64,000 nucleotides of DNA from Parcubacteria group bacterium (GTDB lineage Bacteria > Patescibacteriota > Minisyncoccia > Moranbacterales > UBA11712): the NCBI GenBank assembly GCA_041659065.1, contig JBAZYY010000001.1, positions 274,228-338,227 on the forward strand, given 5' to 3'. Every line of letters starts with the position of its first letter. The first letter of the stretch is position 1. The notes beneath the pieces are model-generated. The model saw only the letters and a program-made list of their open reading frames with translations. It was not told where the DNA came from and did no database searches. Below are positions 39,288-48,300 of this stretch, piece by piece. A program made the position numbers and the translations under genes.

Positions 39288-39568
39288 GATTAATACTGTG
39301 AAACCTCGCAAAGGAATTGATAATCTGACACCTATGGAGAAACTGATTGAATATTTTTATCCGACGGAATTGTAAACAACGCTCTTAATTCTTACAGATT
39401 ATATCTTATGTTTAATCTAATTATAGCCTTTTTATAAACAAAAACCAGTCCTTTCGAGCTGGGAAAACTTCGCGCTATTGGACTGTTTTTCATCCACGTC
39501 CCCGTCTGCCAATTTAGGAGAAAAAGCTGGAAAATCACGCTTTGTTTTTTTGTCATGCGACAACTGTA

Positions 39569-39736
39569 TTATCTGTCACGCCAAACATATATATAGCCGG
39601 GAGGCGCCGGGGGCTTAGGTGGTTTTGGAGGTTTGGGCGGCCGCGGTGGACGAGGTGGTCTTGGTGGTCGCGGAGGCTTTGGCGGTTTTGGCGGAACCAA
39701 TGGACCCCGTGGATCTTTTGTTAATTTCCATGGCAT
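39569..39736 (-). CDS. 55-aa proline-rich cationic peptide with 11 consecutive PPx triplets
   Basis: MPWKLTKDPRGPLVPPKPPKPPRPPRPPRPPRPPKPPKPPKPPAPPGYIYVWRDR; AAGGAGGTGA SD 10 nt upstream; synonymous codons vary across the repeats. Confidence 0.65.
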   Translation of the reverse strand: MPWKLTKDPRGPLVPPKPPKPPRPPRPPRPPRPPKPPKPPKPPAPPGYIYVWRDR

Positions 39737-39796
39737 AATTATTTCTCACCTCCTTTCTTAATCATTTTTTCAACTTTATCTGTTTATACGGATAAA

Positions 39797-39955
39797 TCAT
39801 TCTTCAATATATTTCGGATTGTCACAATCGCTTTTATATACTGGCATAGTATCGCCGGCTTCATCCACAGCATCAAAAAGTTCATATGCTACCCAATACT
39901 CCGGCACAGTCGTCATTTGACCATAACTTTTGTGTTCGAATTTTACAAATGGCAT
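39797..39955 (-). CDS. Small hypothetical protein (52 aa)
   Basis: MPFVKFEHKSYGQMTTVPEYWVAYELFDAVDEAG...; starts 14 nt after the S-subunit stop. Confidence 0.4.
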   Translation of the reverse strand: MPFVKFEHKSYGQMTTVPEYWVAYELFDAVDEAGDTMPVYKSDCDNPKYIEE

Positions 39956-39969
39956 AAGATTTGAAAAAA

Positions 39970-41415
39970 TTATTTAATCGCCTTTTCAATAATCTCATCA
40001 ATCTTTTTCCTCTCCACTTCGATTTTTTTCTTCATTTCCTCTTGCTTGTCCAGCTCCGCTTTGATTTCATCAACGATTTTTTGCTGTCGCTTTATGTCTG
40101 GAATTGGTAACTCGAAATCATATAATTCTTTCGAAGAGATTTTTACCATTGTTTGGTTTTTTCCTTTAGCGGAATACTTGAAATAAATTCTTCCAATAAT
40201 AGAGTTGAACGCATATGCTATATATTCTTTATTTATCTCATTTTCATCAAATTTTATTTTTATCATTAGATCTGGATAAATAAATTCTTTGTCTTCACTT
40301 TCAACTTTTGCCACAGCTGCTAATGCAACTAGCCCTAGCGTGTTCCCTCGACTTACAAAAAAATCACCGTTTTGGACAAAAAAATCTCGGCTATTATTTC
40401 TTGTTTGTTGTGTATATTTAGGATTGCCAAACGTCATTTTCCCATTTTTCTGAATTGAATCTATTCCAAGAATCGCCTGCCCACCTTCATCCTCATTGCA
40501 TTCAGGTGACCATCCATTTTTTGTGCTTTTAATAAATTTTCCCAAAAAATCAATACTATCATTGTTTTTGTAAAGTTCACCCTGAACTCGTTCAAGCTGA
40601 CTCCATCTGTAGCTAGATCTCAAATTGTTGTTTTTAAAATCGAGCAGTGACAGATCAATATAAAATTTTCTATCATTATCAATCTTATGAATTTTTTCCA
40701 AATCAAACCCAAACTCGCGAGCAAAGACCTTGTTCATAGCTTCCTGCGCAGGAGAAATTTGATTTTTCAGCTCCTTGATTTTATTCTCAATCGGTTCAAT
40801 CTGAGAAATAATTTCATTTTCGAGTTTCTCCAGCTTATCAATAGCAGCCTTACTAAATTTCAAATAAAATAAATCATCTTCCTTGAGAGTCGGATAGCCT
40901 TTCCCCTGTCTTGAAATCGCCATTAAGTCATTATAGAATATTGTTCTGAAAGCATAATAGAATATTTTGTTTAATTTCCTTGGTTTCAAGTTGATAAAAG
41001 CGGTTGTGTAAAAATAATCTTTATTTTTCTCATCAACAAAGACATATTTCCTTAAATTCGGTCTGACTTTTGCCAATAGGATGTCATTCTCGTTGGATTT
41101 TTGTATGTCTCCCTTCTCTATTTTTTTGAAATAATCAGCGACCAACTCATTTATATTGGAAAAGTTCAATTTTTCCGGCTCAACGTCTCCCTGTTTTGTC
41201 ACATTTCCGATTTCGGCATAATAAAAATCATCATCTAGGTGGTCTATCAAATCCATTCTTTCTTTTTTGGTTGAGTTTACTATTTCAAATAAATCCCTGA
41301 ATGAGTATCTTTCTTGCCTCTCATTTTTATTAAAATCGGCAAAATCAACGTCGAATCTATTCGACGCTTCTTTCGCTAATTCCAGAAAATCAATTGCGAA
41401 TTGTTTTAGCGGCAT
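39970..41415 (-). CDS. Restriction-modification specificity (HsdS-like) subunit
   Basis: Two TRD-like halves (NDILLAKVRPNL; GDFFVSRGNT) and the conserved helix LPIPDIKRQQKIVDEI. Confidence 0.85.
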   Translation of the reverse strand: MPLKQFAIDFLELAKEASNRFDVDFADFNKNERQERYSFRDLFEIVNSTKKERMDLIDHLDDDFYYAEIGNVTKQGDVEPEKLNFSNINELVADYFKKIEKGDIQKSNENDILLAKVRPNLRKYVFVDEKNKDYFYTTAFINLKPRKLNKIFYYAFRTIFYNDLMAISRQGKGYPTLKEDDLFYLKFSKAAIDKLEKLENEIISQIEPIENKIKELKNQISPAQEAMNKVFAREFGFDLEKIHKIDNDRKFYIDLSLLDFKNNNLRSSYRWSQLERVQGELYKNNDSIDFLGKFIKSTKNGWSPECNEDEGGQAILGIDSIQKNGKMTFGNPKYTQQTRNNSRDFFVQNGDFFVSRGNTLGLVALAAVAKVESEDKEFIYPDLMIKIKFDENEINKEYIAYAFNSIIGRIYFKYSAKGKNQTMVKISSKELYDFELPIPDIKRQQKIVDEIKAELDKQEEMKKKIEVERKKIDEIIEKAIK

Positions 41416-41417
41416 AA

Positions 41418-43007
41418 TTATTTCTCAATAAAATCAATGAATTCTTTCTTCTTATCTTCTGTTAATTTTCCTGATTTCAATTGGTTAAGAATTTCCAGTG
41501 GTTTATCTCTTTCCTTTTCATCGAACTCAACATATCTTTCCAATGTATCTGGAAATTTTTTAATATCAATAGTAAAAATATTTTTATCATCAAATATTTC
41601 TTTATTCCTTTCTTTGTGTTCTTCGTTTTTGTCGCCATCCCCATCAAATAAAACACTATGTTTAATACCAAATTCCAAACATAGACTCATAAACCTTGGT
41701 ATATTCCACTTGCCGCCACAATCAATAATATAAACATTCGCGTCTACATTAAAATTTTGAATTAGATAGTTAAGAAAAACTTTGTCAGTTGAACCTTCAA
41801 CTAATATAACCTTATCAACAAAAAACATTGTATTTCTATCCGGATTTAGCCAAAGAACAAAACTAAAGATGTCTTCCTCTGTCTTGAGCTGATCTAAAAA
41901 ATTTTGACTGGCTTTGAATATTTCCGTTTCAGTATTTTCTTTCACATAGCGAAAGATGCTGAAAAGTGCGTTGCTCTTCGTGGTAATAAGATTTGGTGAA
42001 TGTGTACACAAAAATATTTGACTAGATCCAGATTTTGCTATTTCTTCTAAATTTTTAAGGAGTTTCTTTTCCTGGTCATAGTGAAGCAATGATTCGGGCT
42101 CCTCATATAGCAATAAAGTAAGATCTCCACTGAATATTTTTTTACTAGCTTTCTTTTTTTTACTTTCAACTTGAGCCCATAATAGCAACAGGCTGTTGAC
42201 GATTGACCTTTGCGCACCTGATCCAAGGGTCAGGGGGTCTTCCTCTTGACCCGTATCCTCAGACAAAAGTTTTAATTTTGAGCCTGAAATAATTATATCC
42301 TCCGGTGTTGGCGGTGAAATATCAATTTGAGATCGCAATCGCCAAGACGAAAGCATTTCCGTTAAACTTTCTTCGATTTCATGCACACTCTTTAAGTTGC
42401 CTTCTCCGCTATCCTTTATAGGACTTTTCAAATCATTCGTAAATTTTTTCACTTCCCTAACCAAATCATTCCATGAATCTAATTCTACTAAAGCTTCAGA
42501 AAGTATTCTGCTTATGAGTTTTGTAAAGATTGAAGATTTTGTTTTCTTTAACTCTTCGCTCAGATCTTTTACTGCTGGAATGTATATTATGTCGCCCAAC
42601 TTTCCCACAGGAACATTCTTATCCCCAAAAAATTCACTCTCTCTTTCCTTTATGATTCCACCTTTAATTTCAAACCCATGAAATTCACCTTTTAATTTTT
42701 CCTTGGTAAATCTCTTAACGACTTTTAGCCTATTATTTGGTAATTTATAAAATTCTGGCAACTGTGAAAACTCTTCTTCATGAAGCTCATATTCTAGGGT
42801 AATTTCGATAGGCGCAGAACTGCAGCTTCGACAAAAATCCTCAACAGTCACATTATAATCAGCATAAAATGCTCGAATAGCATGAATGACTGAAGATTTT
42901 CCCGCATTATTTTGACCGATAAATGTCCAAATATCATCTGTTGGACCACTCAAATTTGCGCTTTTGATGGATCGAAAATTTTTTATTTCAATTTCCTTTA
43001 TCTTCAT
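41418..43007 (-). CDS. OLD-family ATP-dependent nuclease (ABC ATPase + TOPRIM)
   Basis: IKNFRSI, GQNNAGKS, LGSGAQR, YEEPE, THSP, VILVEGSTD, GGK and DGD motifs. Confidence 0.9.
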   Translation of the reverse strand: MKIKEIEIKNFRSIKSANLSGPTDDIWTFIGQNNAGKSSVIHAIRAFYADYNVTVEDFCRSCSSAPIEITLEYELHEEEFSQLPEFYKLPNNRLKVVKRFTKEKLKGEFHGFEIKGGIIKERESEFFGDKNVPVGKLGDIIYIPAVKDLSEELKKTKSSIFTKLISRILSEALVELDSWNDLVREVKKFTNDLKSPIKDSGEGNLKSVHEIEESLTEMLSSWRLRSQIDISPPTPEDIIISGSKLKLLSEDTGQEEDPLTLGSGAQRSIVNSLLLLWAQVESKKKKASKKIFSGDLTLLLYEEPESLLHYDQEKKLLKNLEEIAKSGSSQIFLCTHSPNLITTKSNALFSIFRYVKENTETEIFKASQNFLDQLKTEEDIFSFVLWLNPDRNTMFFVDKVILVEGSTDKVFLNYLIQNFNVDANVYIIDCGGKWNIPRFMSLCLEFGIKHSVLFDGDGDKNEEHKERNKEIFDDKNIFTIDIKKFPDTLERYVEFDEKERDKPLEILNQLKSGKLTEDKKKEFIDFIEK

Positions 43008-43015
43008 GATATTTC

Positions 43016-43330
43016 CTATTTATAAACCACACTGCTCCGCAGTTCAAACGCATCTACCCCCAAAATAATCGCCGCGAAATCAATCAGCCAATGATAGATC
43101 CGTCCATAGGTTGCATTGAAACCGCCGAGTTGCCTATTTTTGTATTCATCAATGAAATTCCACAGTTCTTTTTCCAAATCAATCCCTTTTTGCAAAATCT
43201 TCTCGGCAAACTCCGGCAAAGCTTCGCGAAAATATTTTTCCCGCTCCGGCGTATGTCCATATTGATCAAAAAACTGCTGATTGAAATTCTGGATTTCTTT
43301 TCCCATTTTTGTTTTTGCCTCCTCGGTCAT
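43016..43330 (-). CDS. Hypothetical protein
   Basis: 104-aa ORF tightly packed between the GIY-YIG and OLD genes. Confidence 0.65.
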   Translation of the reverse strand: MTEEAKTKMGKEIQNFNQQFFDQYGHTPEREKYFREALPEFAEKILQKGIDLEKELWNFIDEYKNRQLGGFNATYGRIYHWLIDFAAIILGVDAFELRSSVVYK

Positions 43331-43359
43331 ATTTTTTTGTTAATTTTTATTTTGCGGTT

Positions 43360-43614
43360 TTACCCTATTAAGTAAGATTTGAGCCTGTTTTTTATGTATC
43401 TCTTGTCGTAAATTGTTTTAAGATATTTCTCTCTTTTGGTGGCATCTTGTTGATTTAGACAAGCTTCATAATAAACAAGGTTTAATGGCCTTCTGTCTTT
43501 AGTAGAATCCACTAGCCCTTTGTTATGTTGCTCAAATCTTAATTTTAAATTTTTAGTATAACCAACATAGTTTTTGTTATCTTTTAAGCTTCGCAAAACA
43601 TAAACGTATCGCAT
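43360..43614 (-). CDS. GIY-YIG nuclease (UPF0213-like)
   Basis: YVYVL...YVGYT..L..RFEQHN.G...TK.RRP..LVYYE...A.KREKYLK. Confidence 0.9.
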   Translation of the reverse strand: MRYVYVLRSLKDNKNYVGYTKNLKLRFEQHNKGLVDSTKDRRPLNLVYYEACLNQQDATKREKYLKTIYDKRYIKNRLKSYLIG

Positions 43615-43655
43615 GCTAGCTTGGCAAAAATTTAAAATTTACTTAATAGGGTGAA

Positions 43656-46010
43656 TCACCACTCGATTTTTCGCATATAATCCAACGCGGTTTCCATTTT
43701 TCCATCATCCACCAAGACCTTCCCATCTTTGTCGATTCGATAGAGCTCGTTCGGCATTGGTTTTTCGCCGCGCTTGGTACGCTTGTAACCGACGTTTTCC
43801 ACTTCCGCCATGAAAATTTTGTAGTTGAGCTCGCGGGCCACTTCGCCAAAAACCCACCAGGTGTTCACGAAGCCAAAAACATCTTTCGTATCGTTGTCAT
43901 ACTTGCAAAGATCTTCGAGTTCCGAGGCGTATTTTTTTGCCAATTCTCTCGCAGCAAGCTTCTGATCATCTTTCTCGACGTAATTTTTGAGCATCCTGGA
44001 GAGAACTTCTTTTTCTTCTTTTTCCTTCAATCCTTTGACTGACGGTAATTTATTCCTATTTTTTCCGTTCAAATATACTTCGGCCAAATTTTCACACCTA
44101 GTCCTAAGATTTCCCCATTCGTTTCCATATTTTTTCCAAAGTTCGTCCCATTTTTCAATTTCCGATTTGGCTTTCTTCTCGGCGAAGAGCAAGCTCGTTT
44201 TGGTCGAAGTGAATGGTTCAAAGGTAACTTGCGGGAGTGACACCACCGCTTTGACTTTGAAATATTTGTAGATAAAAAGACGGATATATTTGTTTTCTGT
44301 CGTGTCGAAAACGCTTTCCGGCAAAACCGCGCCCAACCGGCCGCCATCTTTGAGCAGTTGATACCACCTTTCCACAAAAAGATTCTCACTATTTTTCTTG
44401 CCGCCGAAAATAAATTCTTCTTTGACATTGTCTTTGGTGTCTTTATCCAAATCGACGCTAAATGGCGGATTGGTCACGATAATGTCAAATTGCTCATTCA
44501 CCTCTTTGTCAAAATATTTCTTGTCACTTTTTGATTGTTGCAGCTTGTTGGAATAGAAATTGAAAGGCAAAAGCCCGTCTTTCACATAGATATTGGCCGA
44601 GCCATCGCCATGCAAAATCATATTCACTTTTGTAGCTGTCCCCAAATTGAAATTTATATCCGTTCCATAAATATATTCCTCCGCCCATTGATTTTCCAGA
44701 TTATCGGGATAGAACCAGCTTTGCATCTTGTTTTCAATATTTCTGGAATTTTCTATTCCATCCTTGAATCTGCGCTTGATGTTTTCAGTGATAAACTTCA
44801 TGTATTCAATCAGAAAAGTTCCACTGCCGGCGCTCGGATCAATTATGTAAGGAAGTTTTTGATTATTATTGATGTTGGAAATGGCCAGTTTGTCCGCCTG
44901 CAAGCCCCACAGCAAAAACCTCACCACATTTATATGGGTAAAAAATTGTCCTTTTGTTTGTTTGAATCCGTCGCGAATTATTCCCTCAAAGAAATCTCCC
45001 AGAATATCTTTTCCGTTAAAACTATTCTTCCCGTCCACGAAGGAATAGCCCTCTAGTTGCGACACTGCGTACTTAAGTTTAGAGAGAGGAAATTTGTTTT
45101 CATCGACGATATAGGATTTTTTTAATTTGACTTCGTCCGTGATTCCCAGCCTCTCCTGCAACGCTCTTCTGTAAATCTCGTTTATTCTTTCAAAAAGCTG
45201 TTCGTTGGTTTCAAAACTTTTTCCGTCTTCAAAAGAAAATATTTGAAATCCATATTTTTCTCCTTGTCTTCGCTCACTCTCATCCTGGATTTTGGCCAAA
45301 ATGATATTGACCAGCGAAGAAAAAATATCATTATCATCCGTGCCGCCGCCGCCCCAAAGCACATTGTGCAAATTCTTACTCAGAGAATCAAGATTTTCGT
45401 GAGTAAAGCTTGTTTCCAAATCTTTCTCTCCTCCTTTCACATACGGCTCTTTTTGTGCTTTGCCATATCTGACCGGCAGCTCGTCCGCAAAATCGCGCAC
45501 TTCCTTCCAGGAGCTGAAGGAGGAAAATTTTTCATAGTCAATCAAAATGCACTTGTCTTTTATTTCATTTTCTATTATTTCAAAAGTATAGAGCGTGAGA
45601 TATTTAACTTTCTTTCCTTGGCCTTGTTCTTGTGAAGCTAGATTAAAAAGCTGTTTTTCAATAACCTCATCTTTGTCTTTTTCATAGTCTTGAGGACTTT
45701 TGAGTTCAACATACAAAAATGCGTCGCCTTTGTCATCCCTGACAATGATATCAATTCTCGGTTTGTTTACTTTTGGTCTTCCGATATCGTATTCTTTTTC
45801 AAGTTCGATGTTTTCCGGTTTATATCCGAGTTCATTTACTAATTTAGCAAGAATATATGCTCGAACAATTTCCTCGTCGCCTTTGAATTTTTCGATTTTC
45901 CAACCCTTTATTTTTTCGGAATATTTGACTTTTTTATTTTTAAAATCATAGGCTTCAACAACCTTTATTTTTTGACTATCGAGACATTTTTCAATTAATT
46001 GTGTATTCAT
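43656..46010 (-). CDS. Fused restriction endonuclease/N6-adenine methyltransferase (RM subunit of a type IIB/IIG-like system)
   Basis: N-terminal RIDIIV...VELK (PD-(D/E)xK-like), GQFFT, IIDPSAGSGTFL (motif I) and NPPF (motif IV). Confidence 0.9.
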   Translation of the reverse strand: MNTQLIEKCLDSQKIKVVEAYDFKNKKVKYSEKIKGWKIEKFKGDEEIVRAYILAKLVNELGYKPENIELEKEYDIGRPKVNKPRIDIIVRDDKGDAFLYVELKSPQDYEKDKDEVIEKQLFNLASQEQGQGKKVKYLTLYTFEIIENEIKDKCILIDYEKFSSFSSWKEVRDFADELPVRYGKAQKEPYVKGGEKDLETSFTHENLDSLSKNLHNVLWGGGGTDDNDIFSSLVNIILAKIQDESERRQGEKYGFQIFSFEDGKSFETNEQLFERINEIYRRALQERLGITDEVKLKKSYIVDENKFPLSKLKYAVSQLEGYSFVDGKNSFNGKDILGDFFEGIIRDGFKQTKGQFFTHINVVRFLLWGLQADKLAISNINNNQKLPYIIDPSAGSGTFLIEYMKFITENIKRRFKDGIENSRNIENKMQSWFYPDNLENQWAEEYIYGTDINFNLGTATKVNMILHGDGSANIYVKDGLLPFNFYSNKLQQSKSDKKYFDKEVNEQFDIIVTNPPFSVDLDKDTKDNVKEEFIFGGKKNSENLFVERWYQLLKDGGRLGAVLPESVFDTTENKYIRLFIYKYFKVKAVVSLPQVTFEPFTSTKTSLLFAEKKAKSEIEKWDELWKKYGNEWGNLRTRCENLAEVYLNGKNRNKLPSVKGLKEKEEKEVLSRMLKNYVEKDDQKLAARELAKKYASELEDLCKYDNDTKDVFGFVNTWWVFGEVARELNYKIFMAEVENVGYKRTKRGEKPMPNELYRIDKDGKVLVDDGKMETALDYMRKIEW

Positions 46011-46101
46011 AATTTTTTTATGCAAAGTCCTAGGGCAGCGTGGTAATACTATCACTATATCACTATTATTATATCACTGCAAGCTTTTTCCTGTGGATAA
46101 A

Positions 46102-46278
46102 TTACTTTTTCCAATCCCTAATCACCACCCCGCCTTTAATTTTTTTGACCACCACTTTCTGCTTCTCCCGCCAGCCGAGTTCGCGAACAAGTTCAATCGG
46201 CAAGGTGAGGCCGATTGATTTTTTGCCAATCTTCGTCAACTTGCGGATGTTTGTTTCGCCAGCTTTTTTAGTCGGCAT
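46102..46278 (-). CDS. AbrB/MazE-like DNA-binding protein
   Basis: RKLTKIG..SIGLTLPIELVRELGW....KVVV. Confidence 0.8.
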   Translation of the reverse strand: MPTKKAGETNIRKLTKIGKKSIGLTLPIELVRELGWREKQKVVVKKIKGGVVIRDWKK

Positions 46279-46346
46279 ATTTTTTGAAGTAAGCAATTAA
46301 TTACTTAATTCCTTGAGTTCTTCAAATATTAAGCTCGTCCATAAGC

Positions 46347-46745
46347 CTATTTCCAATTCATTTGCGTGATCGTCAGTTGGAGGATTGTCGCGAAGATGAC
46401 CCACAAAAGATATGGGATGTTTACCAGCGCAATCCATTTTGCATGGGGATAGATCGCGACCATCGCCCAGATAAGCGTTCCGAGGACGAGCAAAATATCA
46501 ACCGCTGCGAGGAGATTATTTTGGAGCCGGAATTGGATGGGCGAAAAGGCGAGATTGAAAACGAGGTTCAGGATAAACGGCAAAAGGACGAGAAAAGTTA
46601 TCCGGCCTTGGAAATACAAATAGCCGGCCGCGCCGAACGAAACGGCAATGACTGCGTATAAAACCGACCACACCGGGCCAAAAAGCCACGCCGGCGGCGC
46701 CCAGGAGGGTTTCGAAAGATTTTGATACCAAGTTTGAGTATCCAT
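46347..46745 (-). CDS. tspO: TspO/MBR tryptophan-rich sensory protein
   Basis: WYQNLSKPSWAPPAWLFGPVW and PYLLWVIFATIL. Confidence 0.92.
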   Translation of the reverse strand: MDTQTWYQNLSKPSWAPPAWLFGPVWSVLYAVIAVSFGAAGYLYFQGRITFLVLLPFILNLVFNLAFSPIQFRLQNNLLAAVDILLVLGTLIWAMVAIYPHAKWIALVNIPYLLWVIFATILQLTITQMNWK

Positions 46746-46787
46746 TTTTTGTATATTTGCGCCTTTATTCTATCCCAAAACCCGCTT

Positions 46788-46823
46788 TTTTTCAAATAAA
46801 AAAGGCCTCTCTACTTTGAGGCC
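46788..46823 (-). terminator. Intrinsic terminator; its first 29 bp are repeated at 48337-48365
   Basis: Minus strand ggcctc-aaagtaga-gaggcc followed by a U-run. Confidence 0.7.
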
Positions 46824-46871
46824 GGTGGTGGTTTTTTCCAGTTGGTTTAATGAGCAAAGTTGCGAGCCTCC

Positions 46872-47159
46872 TTAATACCCAGATCGTTTTCCTTTTTTAG
46901 GCAGGCCCTGTCGAATCTCTCGGGCAAGGTCGAAGATTTGTCGCTGGATATGGCTTTTGCCTGCCGTTTCAACGCTGAGCGTCTCGAGCTTTTTCAGCGC
47001 ACTCTTCAGGGAATTCAAACTCGGACTCGGACTCGCAAGGGTCGTAGTTACATGATCCATCAGTTGGGCTAACTCTTCCCTTTTGGGCGATGCATAGTTT
47101 TCCTCAATGAGGACTCTGACGCCTTTGGCACTACTAGCTAAGTCTGGGTTAATTTGCAT
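46872..47159 (-). CDS. Hypothetical protein
   Basis: 95-aa ORF with AAGGAG SD upstream. Confidence 0.55.
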   Translation of the reverse strand: MQINPDLASSAKGVRVLIEENYASPKREELAQLMDHVTTTLASPSPSLNSLKSALKKLETLSVETAGKSHIQRQIFDLAREIRQGLPKKGKRSGY

Positions 47160-47177
47160 CAGGAACTCCTTTTTTCG

Positions 47178-47360
47178 CTAGAGCCGCATTAACGAACAGT
47201 CTCCAAGCCTCATTTCACATTCTTCGCAAGGTGCTCCCTGCCTGGATCTCTCGGGGGTATTAGGACCTCCGCAAAATGGACAGCGTCGACGATGCCAGGT
47301 GCCTTTTCGACCTCCGCGAGACAACCGCATTCTTGGAGACAGTTGCTCTTTTTTTGCCAT
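47178..47360 (-). CDS. Small Zn-ribbon-like hypothetical protein
   Basis: CPFC...CEEC with GGGAGG SD upstream. Confidence 0.5.
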   Translation of the reverse strand: MAKKEQLSPRMRLSRGGRKGTWHRRRCPFCGGPNTPERSRQGAPCEECEMRLGDCSLMRL

Positions 47361-47509
47361 CGTGGCCCTCCCATCACTTGAAATAGAAAATTCTGGCTAT
47401 TGGGTTTAGACGCTATTCCGGACTCTATTATCTTGGCTTGAAATTAGTTTAGCTTATAATGCCCTTTTTTTCAAATAAAAACCCCTCGGGCGGTTATGCC
47501 TCCGGGGCG

Positions 47510-47848
47510 TCATTTTTTTCCTTTCGATGCTGCAAGCTTCATCCAGCCTCTGAAAGTTTCGCTGAGGAAAAAACTGGCAGCTTTTTCAGGATCGATGCTG
47601 TGACCCCATTCCCAGGCCTCGTTTTCATTAAAGAAAGGAGGGTTATCCTTCAGAAAAAATCTGAAAGAGGGTCGCTTTTGGCAGCATTTAGCGATTAATG
47701 TCGAAAGAAACATGTCTCTCCATCGAGTGGCGCTGGCTTTGTCGGAAAAATAGCTGGCGCTGACATAAGCAAAAAAGGCGCCATTGTAGAATTCAGCGAT
47801 GAGAACCGCCTTCCAGAAAAACTCCTCTCCTACCCGCAGAACTTTCAT
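47510..47848 (-). CDS. Hypothetical protein
   Basis: 112-aa ORF with GAGG SD, followed by a hairpin and U-run. Confidence 0.55.
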   Translation of the reverse strand: MKVLRVGEEFFWKAVLIAEFYNGAFFAYVSASYFSDKASATRWRDMFLSTLIAKCCQKRPSFRFFLKDNPPFFNENEAWEWGHSIDPEKAASFFLSETFRGWMKLAASKGKK

Positions 47849-47904
47849 TTTTTCCTCTCTGAAGGTGTTTGGGCTTAATGTTACAAACGAACTGTTTCAT
47901 TTTT

Positions 47905-48300
47905 TTATTCATCGTCCATCATTATTCTCTTTATTAGCGCTGCTATGCGTCCGTTGGTCGATAAAGACAGCGTGACCGCTAAGTACCGCTTGGCAATACG
48001 TCTCGGATCGCCAGGCTCGATGAACTCGTCATTAATCAGATCAAGGTCATCATCTATAACGCTACTTGGCTGACAGTCATCAATATTCGGATAGGCCAGG
48101 CTGGCTTCGAGAATCCCCTCGAGAAATTCGATAGTCCATGCGTTAAGAGTTTCTTTCGAATAAAAAGGGCCGACATTTATCGCTATGCAGTCGTAGCTGC
48201 CATCGCGATAGATGATATTAAAGGCAAGTATTGCCTGCTTCGGATTTAAGAAAAATAGCTGTCCCACGATCTCCTCCTTTTTCAGGCAGATATTTTCCAA
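47905..48300 (-). CDS. Hypothetical protein
   Basis: 131-aa ORF; start uncertain (TTG, or a GTG after AAGGAGGAG). Confidence 0.55.
   Translation of the reverse strand: MENICLKKEEIVGQLFFLNPKQAILAFNIIYRDGSYDCIAINVGPFYSKETLNAWTIEFLEGILEASLAYPNIDDCQPSSVIDDDLDLINDEFIEPGDPRRIAKRYLAVTLSLSTNGRIAALIKRIMMDDE

Noticed and set aside
33255-39290. CRISPR array or cas locus suggested by repeats plus a Cas2-like domain
   Set aside because: The repeats are separated by whole genes rather than 25-45 nt spacers, and no cas1 or effector genes are present.
33255-39290. Classical integron
   Set aside because: No tyrosine recombinase is in the window, and the repeats lack RYYYAAC...GTTRRRY ends.
39542-39724. Plus-strand Trp/Arg-rich ORF (RWFWRFGRPRW...)
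   Set aside because: It is the antisense reading of the Pro-rich peptide, which has the SD and matches local gene orientation.
41418-43007. Gabija (GajA) or retron system call
   Set aside because: There is no GajB helicase or reverse transcriptase nearby; only the OLD-family assignment is supported.
46092-46100. DnaA-box matches (tgtggataa; also 6760 and 62951)
   Set aside because: Single isolated boxes with no cluster and no dnaA nearby; not evidence of oriC.
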